Shown piece by piece: positions 38,948 through 49,756 of a DNA stretch of 64,000 nt. The stretch comes from Vicugna vicugna (Eukaryota). The notes under the pieces are model-generated. The model saw only the letters and a list, made by a program, of their open reading frames with translations. It had not been told where the DNA came from and did no database searches. Each line of letters opens with the position of its first letter. The first letter of the stretch is position 1. The translations under genes were made by a program, and so were the position numbers. The stretch spans positions 2,911,319 to 2,975,318 of the forward strand of contig MU061579.1 in assembly GCA_013265495.1 (NCBI GenBank), in the 5' to 3' direction.

Positions 38948-39873
38948 AGTAAGTGATGGGTGGGTATTTTCTTTCATAAATAATATTATAATAGAAATTT
39001 GCTTAAATAATAGCATTTTCAAAATAAAAATTAAAAAATCAATTTAGAATCTACTGGCTGCAAATTGAGATACTAATATCTCAAAGATTCCTGAGAGCTT
39101 AATCAATTTAATTTCATGGAAGCGTAACACTGAAAAATGCTGCAAAGCAAAAGTTTCACTATTGGATTGAAACTCTGTAATTTTACAGTATACAACATAA
39201 TAGACAGTATAAGGACTTTGTACCAACGTACAACAGGAAGTCTAAAAAAAGTCAATCAAAAGTTCTAGACGAATCTGGGTGAGCAGTCCATTATTATACA
39301 AACTAGAAATTACCCAAGACAATAGTTTAACAACTCTGCTTGCACCGATATCATGGGGTATTTAATAATAACAAGTGTTCAGAGCTTAGGTTTTATATTC
39401 TCTCTGAACAATGCTCTCTCACCGAATCTAACCCCTTGATGGGAAATACCAATAATGGCTTGTATCTTTTGTAGTACCCAACCATCAACTGGCTAAGTTT
39501 TCCTACTAAAGTGAAAACCAGGAAAAATAACAATTCTCAATACTGCTATATTATAGTCCTTAGTTTTCATTCATTTTGATACAATTCCTCAAGAAAACAC
39601 AACTCAAATTAACAGGCAACTATAACATTTTACAGATGAGTAAGAGGTGGAGGGGGAGAAACAGTCCAAGTTGTTACGTAAGGATCTCTTAAGTAAATGA
39701 AGGTGCATCAGAAAACCTTGTTAATGACCACCCATTCAATTTGTAAGTTCATAAGAAAGCTTTCCTGAAAAAAAGACCACTTTTGTCATGAAATATAATG
39801 TTATTCGTCAACATGCTTATATTTGAATGCCAACAATTTTTAAATTTGGGAGTCAGCACTCTGTTTTAATAAG

Positions 39874-42184
39874 TAAAAACCTGAACAGACTGAAAAATCA
39901 ACAACTCCTCCTGGATTCACAAGAGAGGGAAGGACACTAGGCAAACTTCTGTCCCCAAGATCAGGAGACAAACAGGTAAATACAGGCAGTAAAGGTTTAC
40001 CAGAGCAGAGCAGTAGCCATCCTGTGAACCAGTGCCTGGGTGGGAAAACCAGAACTGGAATTGATGAGTTGCTGGAGGCTCCATGTGGACAATTCTGGGA
40101 ATTAAAGGGAATCAACAGAAAGACTCCTGACACTAATAAATGATTACAGCAAGGTTGCAAGATACAAAACAGAAATCAATCACTTTTCTATAAACTAGCA
40201 ATGAACAAGTAGACTTTGAAATTAAAAACACAACACTGTTTACATTAGTTCCCTCAAAAATTAAATACACAGTATTAATCTAACAAAATATTCCCAAGAT
40301 CTATCTGAAAGAAAGTACAAAAATGCGATGAACAAAATAAAAAAATAAATAAGTAAAGGGAGAGATATTCCATGTTGATAGATAGGAAGACTCAATCCTA
40401 TCAAGATGTCAATTCTTTCCAACTTGATCTATGGCTTGAATGCAGTCCCAGTCAAAATCTCAGAAAGTTATTTTTTGGATGTTGGTAAACTAACTCTAAC
40501 GTTTATATGGAAAGGAAAAGAACAGAATAGCTAACACTATTGAAGGAGGAAAAGAAAGTTGGAAGACTGATACTACCCATGTTCAAGACTTACCATAAAG
40601 CTACAGTTATAAAGTCAGTGTGATTTTGGTAAAAGAATAGACAAATAGATAAAGGCAACAGAATGAGGGGAGAATACAGCCCAAGTGGCAGAGTGCATGC
40701 TTAGCATGCATGAGGTCCTGGGTTTGATCCCCAGTACCTCTAAAAATAAATAAATAAACTGAATTAATTACCTCCTCCTAAATTAAAAAAAAAATTAAAA
40801 AACAGAATAGAGGGCCCAGAAATAGACTCACATATCTATAGACAACTAATCCTTGACAAAAGAGTAAAGGCAACATAACAGAGCAAATATAACCTATTGA
40901 ACAAAAGGGTTGAAACAACCAGGCACCTACACGCACACACACTAAAAAGGAATTTAGAACCAAACCTTACATCCTTCAAAATGGATAACACACCTGAATG
41001 TAAAATATAAAACTATAAAACTCTTAGAAGATAACATAAGAGAAAACTTAAAAGACCATGGGGATGATAATGACTTTTTAACTATGATATCAAAGGCATG
41101 GTACACACACACACACAAAAATTAATGGAAAAGTCAGACTTCAATAAAATTAAAAGCTTCTACTCTGCAAAAGACAATGTGAAAGGAATGACAGGACAAA
41201 CCACAGACTCAGAGAAAACAGTTGTAAAAGACACATCTGATAAAAGGCTTATCCAAAACATACAGAGAACTCTCAAAACTCAGCATTAAGAAAACAAGCA
41301 TGCTAACTAAGAAAAAAATAGGTCAAAGACATTAGAATGGGCAAAATCTAGAACTCTGACAAAAACCAAATCCTGGTGAGGATGGAAAGCAACAGAAATG
41401 TTCGTACATTCCTAGTAGGAATGTAAAATGGTACAATCACTTTAGAAAACAGTTTAGCTGCTTCTCACAAAACTAAACACACTCTTACCAGAAAATCCAG
41501 TGTTCATGATCCTTGACAGTTGCCCCCAAAGTTGAAAATTTATGTCTACACAAAAACCTTCACATGAAAGTTTATAGAAGCTTTGAGCATAACTGTCAAA
41601 ACTTGGAAGCAACTAAGATGTATGTGAATGGATAAAGAAAATGTGGTGTATCCAGATAATGGAATATTATTTAGAGCTAAAAGGAAAGGAGCTTTGAAGC
41701 CATGAAAAGACATGGAGAAATTTTAAATGCCTATTACTAAGTGAAAGAAGCCAATCTGTAAAGCCTACATACTATAAGAGTCTAGCAATACGACATTCTA
41801 TAAAAGACAAAACGATGCAGACAGTGAAAAGATCAGTGGTTGCTGGGGTTTTGTGGCCGGGGGAAGTGAATAGCAGAACACAGAGGATTTTTAGGGCAGT
41901 GAAAGTATTCTGTATGATACTGTAATAATGGATATATGTCATTATACATTTGTCAAAACCTGTAGAATGTACACCACCAAAAGTGAACTGTATTATAAAC
42001 TATGGACTTTGGACATTTCATTGGGTCAATGTAGGTTCATCAGTCATAGCAAAGGTATCACTCTGGTGGGGGATATTGATGATGGGGGGCGCTAAGTATG
42101 TGAGGGGGCAGGAGGCACACAGGAAATCTCTTCTTCTCAATTTTGCAGTGAACTTTATGCTGCTCTAAAAAGAAAAACAAAAAG
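39874..42184 (+). mobile_element. L1MC1/L1MC2-type LINE: 5'UTR-like segment joined to decayed late ORF2 and a complete 3'UTR
   Basis: ORF2 remnants ESTERLLTLINDYSKVARYK (from 40109) and DIPC**IGRLNPIKMSILSNLIYGLNAVPVKI (~40365) with stops; L1MC1-type tail acagaggatttttagggcagtgaaa...ctcaattttgcagtgaactttatgctgctctaaaaa. Confidence 0.92.
40665..40800 (+). mobile_element. tRNA-Ala-derived SINE (vic-1 type) nested in L1 ORF2
   Basis: gtggcagagtgcatgcttagcatgcatgaggtcctgggtttgatccccagtacctc...aattacctcctcc-poly(A); TSD aacagaat (40657-40664 / 40801-40808). Confidence 0.93.
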
Positions 42185-42431
42185 AAATACAAACCTCAGT
42201 TTCTGCTGGCTGTTCTGCAGTTCCTGTTTCAGACTTATTCCAGTCCCAGAGTGGCCCCATTCTCTGGCCTAAACTTAATTTTGGTTATTTTCTAAAAAGC
42301 AATGAGGTAAACAATTTTTCAGAAGAATTATAAAACCTGAAATTGTCTTTTCATTTTACGTCAAAACAGTTATTAAAACAAACAAACCAACACATCAGTC
42401 CCTCTCCTTCCAAGTTTTTCATATTTTATGG

Positions 42432-42545
42432 CTTTTCTCCTTCCCTTTTCTTTCCTGGATTCTTCCCCCTTTTCTCCTTTTCTTTCTTTCATCCTCCCTC
42501 CTTCTCTCCTTCCCTTCCTTCCTTCCTTCCTCCCTTCCTTCTCCA
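42432..42545. repeat. CT-rich low-complexity/(CCTT)n tract
   Basis: Directly visible. Confidence 0.85.
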
Positions 42546-44849
42546 AGAAGTTCTGGATCCCTGTACTCAGAAATGTCTAATACGTAGACTAAAAGATTGG
42601 GGGAATGTATTAATAGAGTTTGCAAACCCCAGTAACATCTTTATCTTATTGATGGCACTGGTACTTTGGGGCATAATCATTTGCTTCTTCCAAAAGAATG
42701 ATGAACAATAAATGAAGGAGATTTTAAATGATATACATAATTGGTAAGCACTATTTTGCCTGTTGCAATATATGAAATATATTGTTTTGTGACATGACTG
42801 GATAATCTACTTGTCTTCTTTACAAAAAGAAAATATATCTATATGCTTCCCCAAGAGAGTTTTTTTTTTTTTTGGAAGGGGAGCAGAGAGGGCCCTTTGT
42901 TCTGATAAAAGGGGCATTTGAGAACATTCACAAAGGGCAGCCTTCTCTTCCTCCTTGCCCCTTCCATTAGAAAGAATGTTTCAAATCAAAATATGATTAT
43001 TGGAGCTGATTTACTGGAACTCTTCTTAGTTCTGGTGAGTAACAAAGAGAGAGAAATATTTAATAGTCTCTGTACTTTCTCTTGTAATTCTGCCAGACTT
43101 TAGGTGGGGCAAAAAATGTCCAAAGTCATCTCAGAAAATAATAAGGATGTCTATTGTTCCTAACTGGCAACATTAGAACCATCTTGAAAAGGAGAAAGAT
43201 GACTAACTCAGTACGGGTTAATTGAATCACTAGAGACAAAAATATGTGTCACTAAAGCTGCGCTTATCTCACATGAGGAGTAACTTTCACTGGTGGGAAG
43301 ACAGAATAAAAACCAGTCACTTGGATTAGAGCTCATTCTTGGACGTGCTTCTTCTTCTTTGAGTCCAAGACGTTTGAGAAGAAAGTATGCATAGTCACGT
43401 GGTCCAAATCTGAGGAATGGCTCAAAGTATCAGGAGACGAGGGAAGGTCAAGAGGTGAAATTCCTTCCACAGGAGAGTGTTAGAGGTTTTCTCAAGACAG
43501 ACTATGAGGCAAGGGTTCTGAAAACCTTGAAAAGAGGGTGAGTGAGGAGATACGGAGAAGAAAGACAAAGGCCAGAATCCTGTCGCTGTCATTGACAAAG
43601 TGTGAGACTGGGGATACCCTTTTATCCTGCTACATGATGGAACTGGCTACACTATCAAGTTCTTTAAGCATTATTTCTAAGACATGCTTTTGTGATGGCC
43701 CTGACCTTTCTGTAAACAACTTCATATTTATAATATGTATTCAATCTAACCTGGAGCGTAAAATCCCATGAAAGTTGTCAGGACAAGAAATGGGCAGCAA
43801 ATGAGCTAATAACTCTAATATCCAGGAACTCTTTGATGGTAAAGAAGGAAACAAAAAACCTTTGCCTCTTTCCTCAAGTATAACCTGGCATATTCCAGTG
43901 TCATTTGGGATGACAGAAGAATTGACAGCCTGGGAGAGTACAGCAGAATCAGGCACTTAGAGTCTATAAATATATTGATAGCCATATTCTCGCCTACTTC
44001 AAAATTAATAATGGACAAGGAAAGTGATTGATTCCTGCATAACCAGATTACAACAGGAATCAAGCACGTTTATTTATCAAGCACAGGGATAAATAGGCAA
44101 ACAGACAATATACTGCTTTACCTAATAGCTTCCATTCTCCCACCATCAAATCCATTCCCAGATGAAAAGATTGGAAAGCAGTAAGATCAATTTTGTTTCT
44201 TAACTCCTGCAAAATTCCTCGTACCTTTAAGTGTAGAAAGTCAATAGAATAATATAAAATTATTATAAACGTTCCCCTTATTTTTAACAAATGTACTTTT
44301 AGCAAATTTTTGTCTTGATTTTTCAGACTAGCAGGGGACACTGCTTTTTAAATTTGAGAATTTAGCATGTTCAATTAGTTTAGTAATTCAATTTTATTTT
44401 TAAGTGTATGATATATTTTACACAGAAATAGTAGCATAATCAGATACTATTTTATATGAAAATGAAGAATGTCCGTAACAAGTTGAGCTAAATAATACAT
44501 GTCATAATTGGACAGGTTTTACACTACATGAGAGGTAATATTTGACATTACTGTCCATTACAGAACAGTGCTCATTAAGGACAATTACAAATAGAAAAAG
44601 ACAATTTCAGCCTTGGAAATATTCAAAAAAAGATGAAACATGTCTCCAGTAACATTGATCTTTATTTTCTAGCCCTTCCTTCAAAGCCAATAACCCTCAG
44701 GTGTCTTGCTACTCTGTTTTCTTTGGCTGCCTTTAACCCAGCGGAAGAAAGGCTTCAACACTGAAGAGCACAAGTGCTCAGCAGAACACAGTCTGCTGTG
44801 ATCAGGGTCATTTTTGTCTGCAGCACAGAAGTGAGTGGGCGGGGCAAAG

Positions 44850-46020
44850 GAATTGATTCACTGAGAGCTGGAATCAAGTCCAGGACCAGAGCTCTGTAAG
44901 CCCTGTTAAATATTTTGCTTTTCATCCAAAAAGCAATGAGAAGCCATGTTTTAAACAGAGAAGGGTCATGATGAGTTTTCCATTTAAGAAGGACATTTCT
45001 GCATACAATGGAGTTGTTGTGGGAAAGAATTTCTTGTCTTGTCACAGAAAGAACTCAGAGACAAGGTGCGGAAGTTAAGAAAGCAAAGTGAGGATTTATT
45101 AAGGAATGGATAGTACACTCTTAGGGAGAGAGCAGGCAGGCTCAGGTGAGCAGCTGCCCCGAGTTTCCTTGGCAAGCTCCTGATAGGAGTGTAAAAATGA
45201 ATGGGCTGAATATTCATTGGCAGAAAGGGGTCTGGGATTGTCTTTTCTGATCTTCATCCCAGATCCATCTTTGTAGGTGGGGAAAAGGGAATTTTTTGTC
45301 CTTACTTAGTCTTGATGGGGAAGTTGGATGAGGTCATAATAAACAAAATGTTACATTGGGATGGGAGTATCAAAAGCAAAAGGTTACATTTGGACGGAGG
45401 TCATAATGATCTAAAGGTTATATTCAGATGGTGGGGATTCCTGTCCTGTCCCACCCTACTGCCTCCAGGACACTTGTCAATCCAGAAGGTATGTTTTTTT
45501 TAACAGTCTGGAAGATTCTGTTTTTCTTGATTTCTTCAATGTCCCCCATTGTTCACAAGATGTATGATTTTCTGCCATTTAGTCTACGTCCCTCTTTCTC
45601 TGCTCATATCTAGCTACCTGCCTGCTCTAACAGAGTGAGTGGTTTGAAGGGGTAGCCAGATGGGATTTAGACAGATTAGGAAGCAAAAGGAGTAATGTGG
45701 ATAAGCTGTAATTCTGGCTTCTTGAAGCTGGATTTAATGGGAAAGAAGATAAATTTAAGAGACACTTAGGAAGTGAAAGTAGTTGTTCTTGTAGTGTGAG
45801 AATCTGAGTTACTGTAATATATTTAACATAAATCCCAATGCTTACTTTTATATAGAAAGTGTTCTTACCTGAGGTCAGGTACTCAGAAGCCATCTAGGAA
45901 AAAATAGTTATGAGTTTCACTTGGGACAGGTTGAGTTTGCAATGTCTGAACTTTTAAGTGCAGAATGTAGCTTGGAAGTTTAATATATGGGTCTGGGGAT
46001 GAGAAATTTGGATTGACAGG
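44850..46020 (-). mobile_element. L2 fragment interrupted by an ERV1 LTR
   Basis: ttttgcttttcatccaaaaagcaatgagaagccat...ttttaaacagagaagggtcatgatgag lies left of the LTR; gagtttcacttgggacaggttgagtttgcaatgtct lies right of it. Confidence 0.75.
45015..45632 (-). mobile_element. ERV1 (MER4-group-like) solo LTR, lineage-specific
   Basis: TGTT...AACA inverted termini, 618 bp, perfect 4-bp TSD GAGT (45011-45014 / 45633-45636); minus-strand AATAAA at ~45095-45100. Confidence 0.92.
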
Positions 46021-46499
46021 GAGGGAAACTAAGAAATATTGATATATTCAGATGTCAACCTGTGAAATAAAAATATCTTATTTCTTGTCTGAGTTTGCTT
46101 TCATTTCATCGTTAGTGAGAATGGCCTTTACAAAAATATTTGCCTGTTATTTTAATGAGAACTGCCATTCTATATCTTATAGTTATTTTTAATGAGTATG
46201 ATTTTTTCTTACTGATATGCATCAGAATAGAGGAACAATGTTTGGCATTAGATACTTATTTGCTAAATTAACATAAATGAATTAATCATACTTTATAACT
46301 GTACCATATAATATTTCTCCTAATACATTTATTTTCTTAAAACTTCATTTGTTATTTATTTGCACCATGAATGTTGGATGTTTGAAGTAATTGCTTCTAA
46401 AACTGTCAGGGCTTTGCACTTTAGCTAGATTTGCTCTTTCTTCAATGTTTTTTTTCTATACACCTCAATTAATTTAGTGTTTTAAATTATAAAAGTGTC

Positions 46500-47160
46500 A
46501 GTAATTATTTCAGTAATCTCATATTAATTAAAATAACTTTTACATACCATTTTGTTAAAATGTTATTTTCTCTTTAACAGTGTAGTTAAATCCATTTCTC
46601 ATTCCCTACGAAGTTATTTTTGTGTTTGAGTGTGTGTATGTGTATGCTTTGTTCCTTAAAGAACCAGCCCTGAGTTTATTTTACAGTTTTTATTTCCAGG
46701 TTCCTCCCCTAATTTATGTATTTTATTCATTTATCTTCATTTTTCCTGTATCCTGCTTAGTAAGTTAAGAGACTAATCTCTTAAATGCTTCTGACTTTAA
46801 TTCTATTAATCTTGGCTTACTAATAACATATTTAAAGCTATAAATTTCATTGGAATAGAGCTTTGATCATGTAACATGGGTTTTAATATGTAATATTTTA
46901 AATTTCAGTAATGTCTAAGCTATTTAAAAATTAATTTTGTATTTCCTTTATAACTTAAATTATATTTATAGAATTATCAAAATGTTTTCAAGTTATATTT
47001 TTATAATTATTGATTTGTATTGATTTCTGGTTTTAATACATTTTTATTAGAGAAAATTGTATGTAATAATTATACTTTTTGTCATTTAAAAATTTATCTT
47101 GTTAGATAATAAATTCCAGTATCTGTAAATGCATATATATCTGTAGGATAACAGTGTACT
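46500..47160 (-). mobile_element. Ancient L1 ORF2 remnant (L1M5/L1ME-like)
   Basis: atttaaagctataaatttcattggaatagagctttgatcatgtaacatgggttttaatatgt; ttgatttctggttttaatacattttta. Confidence 0.7.
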
Positions 47161-47379
47161 ATGTGTTTTCATTTTTGTCTCATCCATCATCAAACCTGGG
47201 ATAAACCTGGAAAATAAAAAGAGCACTTAATAACATTTCTTGGGCGAAAAAAAAGAATAACCTAACCAAACTCTTCCTTTTCCTGTTTTTACTAAGAATT
47301 TAATTTAGTAAACAGATATGAGAATGAGTCAATAAACTAAATATAACTGACAAATATAATTAATATTTGGTAATTTTAT

Positions 47380-47720
47380 AGGAACTTATATAGAGTGCCT
47401 ACATAATTAACAAGTCACCTGGAAATAGGCAGCTGCTGGTATTGGCTTAGCAACCCTGCGTTCTCTTGGTCCTATAAGCCACGTGATTGCTACAGATCCA
47501 GGTATTAATTTATGTTCAAACTATGAAAAAAATAGAACTCTGCCCCGTTTATTTATTAAGGAAGCTAAAGCTTTCCTAGCACACCCACAGTAGAGTTCCA
47601 CTTAGAGTCCATGGTCGGAATCATGGTACCTACTTATCCTTATCTTAAAATATATTATTTTCAGGCTCTATATTAAAATTTTCAAGGAAGGAAGTTAAGA
47701 ATGGGAATTAGCTAACCTAT
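47380..47720 (-). mobile_element. Old MLT1(N/O)-like MaLR remnant
   Basis: ggaagctaaagctttcctagcacacccacagtagagttccacttagagtccatggtcggaatc; highly diverged. Confidence 0.45.
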
Positions 47721-49682
47721 TAGCTATTTTTTTTAACGTGTGTTGCATTGAACCAAATTAAATTGGTATTCTAGTTACATGTGTTTCTAAAGCTTATTAT
47801 AACTTTGAAGAAATAAAGATAAAAATAAGGGGGAGAAACTGTGATTTCAGCACAATTTACTAAAAACTCATTTAACATCCACTTTGCACTATGTGCTATA
47901 AAAATATTTCTTTCTGTGTGGGCAAAAAAATAGCTAAAACAAGTCTCTTAGTTCAGTTCTCCTAAATGACTGTTCTTTTCCAAATTATTTTTTATAAGAC
48001 ATTTTTGTAATAAATAAGAATAAAGTTTCTTCAGCCTATTTTGTCTTTATCTAAAGTGCATTGGCAAAATAGAGTTCATAAAAGTTATTGTACTTGAATA
48101 AGGAGATGTGGGTAATACTGATGCTTAACTTCATTTTAACTAGAACACTGAAAATGTATCTAGCAGCTCTTTTCTTCTGCCTCATTGGTATTTAAAAAGT
48201 CTAGAAGAATACTCAATACTGTTCACAAACTGCTGATTGCTTAATATAACATATTCATCAAATAAACATACACTGTTTCAGTACCAAATGGAAAATTCAG
48301 CTGAAGAGGAGATATTACAGGGTCTTTTAAATATTTTCAGATCGAGGGTACAGATAACACCTCTTCTGTTTGCTAGTTGATCATCCTGGTGAGTTGCTGT
48401 AACTATGCATTCAGGGATCCACCCAAGAATTGTGGATTAACTGCCTTGTATCATTTTGTGTGTGCATGTGTGTGTATATAATCATAGTTTTGATTCACTC
48501 AAGTAGAATTAATTGAATATCTTTTAATCTTCAGAAATTATCTAGGATTCAAAGATGAGTAAGGCATTGGCACTGTTCCCAGGGACTGACAATTTCTGGA
48601 AAACCTAGAGTTTAAAACCAAGGGACTGGTTTGATAAGGATAATCCCAGCTGATTATCTGAGACATGGGTTAACAAGCATTTAAAGAACAGTACTCAGTA
48701 ATTTAATGACTTGAAGGCAGTTCTGTACATTCTGAAATGAGATGTATTTACAAGAAATACAAAGGATCTTGTGTTTTAATTTTATCCTTTTAGCCCTTCC
48801 TTTTTTTTGTAACATATTTAGGGTGTATAAAAATCACAGAGAAGATCTAAGTGATATGGTTTCTTCATTTTCCTTATGTGTATGTTTTAATACCAAAGAA
48901 GTTATCAGTAATGGTATTAAACTGCCAGTTCTTATTTACCAAAATCCTTTATACCTTTTTAAGCCATATTCTAGACTAACCAATTATGCACCTTGTGTTG
49001 CAAAGTCTACTTGTGTCACTGACCATAATTGCTGTTATTGCTGAATTTGCAAAAAGTTAATTGTGTAAAAACACTGATCTGGAGTTACTCATTGTCATAT
49101 GTGGATTTCAATTTTTTTTAAGAAAAGAAAATCCTCTATTTAGTAAATGCAAAATAGCTTTTCATTCTTAGTTTATTATGAAGGATAAAATGCTGCAAGA
49201 ATGCTAAACAATATTTGACAGCCTGGGATTTGAAGATTTTCCCCAAAAGGGTCACCAAATGTTGATTTTCACATCATTTCACTTAGCAACATAAAGAGAA
49301 CAAGGCATATCTCCTAATTATCTCCACGTATTCTGGTCCTAAAACCATGCATCCTGTTCTTCAAGACAACTTGGGATAGACACAAGATTTCTTTGCAACA
49401 GAAATAACCGTCCAAATAAATGTTTAGCCCGATGTGTTCACTTAAATTAAAAAATGTTTCCAGCTGATAGAGGTGATTGTTCTAGCTGATATGTGTGAGT
49501 GTTCCCATGTAGGCAATTACAAGACCACAAGGAGAAGCCCACAGAGTCTGACTTCTAATCACAATCTGACGGAGGGCATGCTCAAATGGGAAACAGTTGG
49601 ACAGTTGTTGATGCAGGCAGCCCAGAGTGAGAGACTGCAAAAATAAACCTTGAAAAAAACAGCAATAGTGGTATTTAGAAAT

Positions 49683-49707
49683 TCTCTCTCTCTATCTCGT
49701 ACACATA

Positions 49708-49753
<46 letters not shown>
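49683..49753. repeat. (CT)n-(CA)n compound microsatellite
   Basis: Directly visible, with a long perfect AC run from ~49715. Confidence 0.95.

Positions 49754-49756
<3 letters not shown>

Noticed and set aside
40109..41700. Functional L1 ORF2 / reverse transcriptase
   Set aside because: Multiple stops and frameshifts, a nested SINE, and a missing catalytic region.
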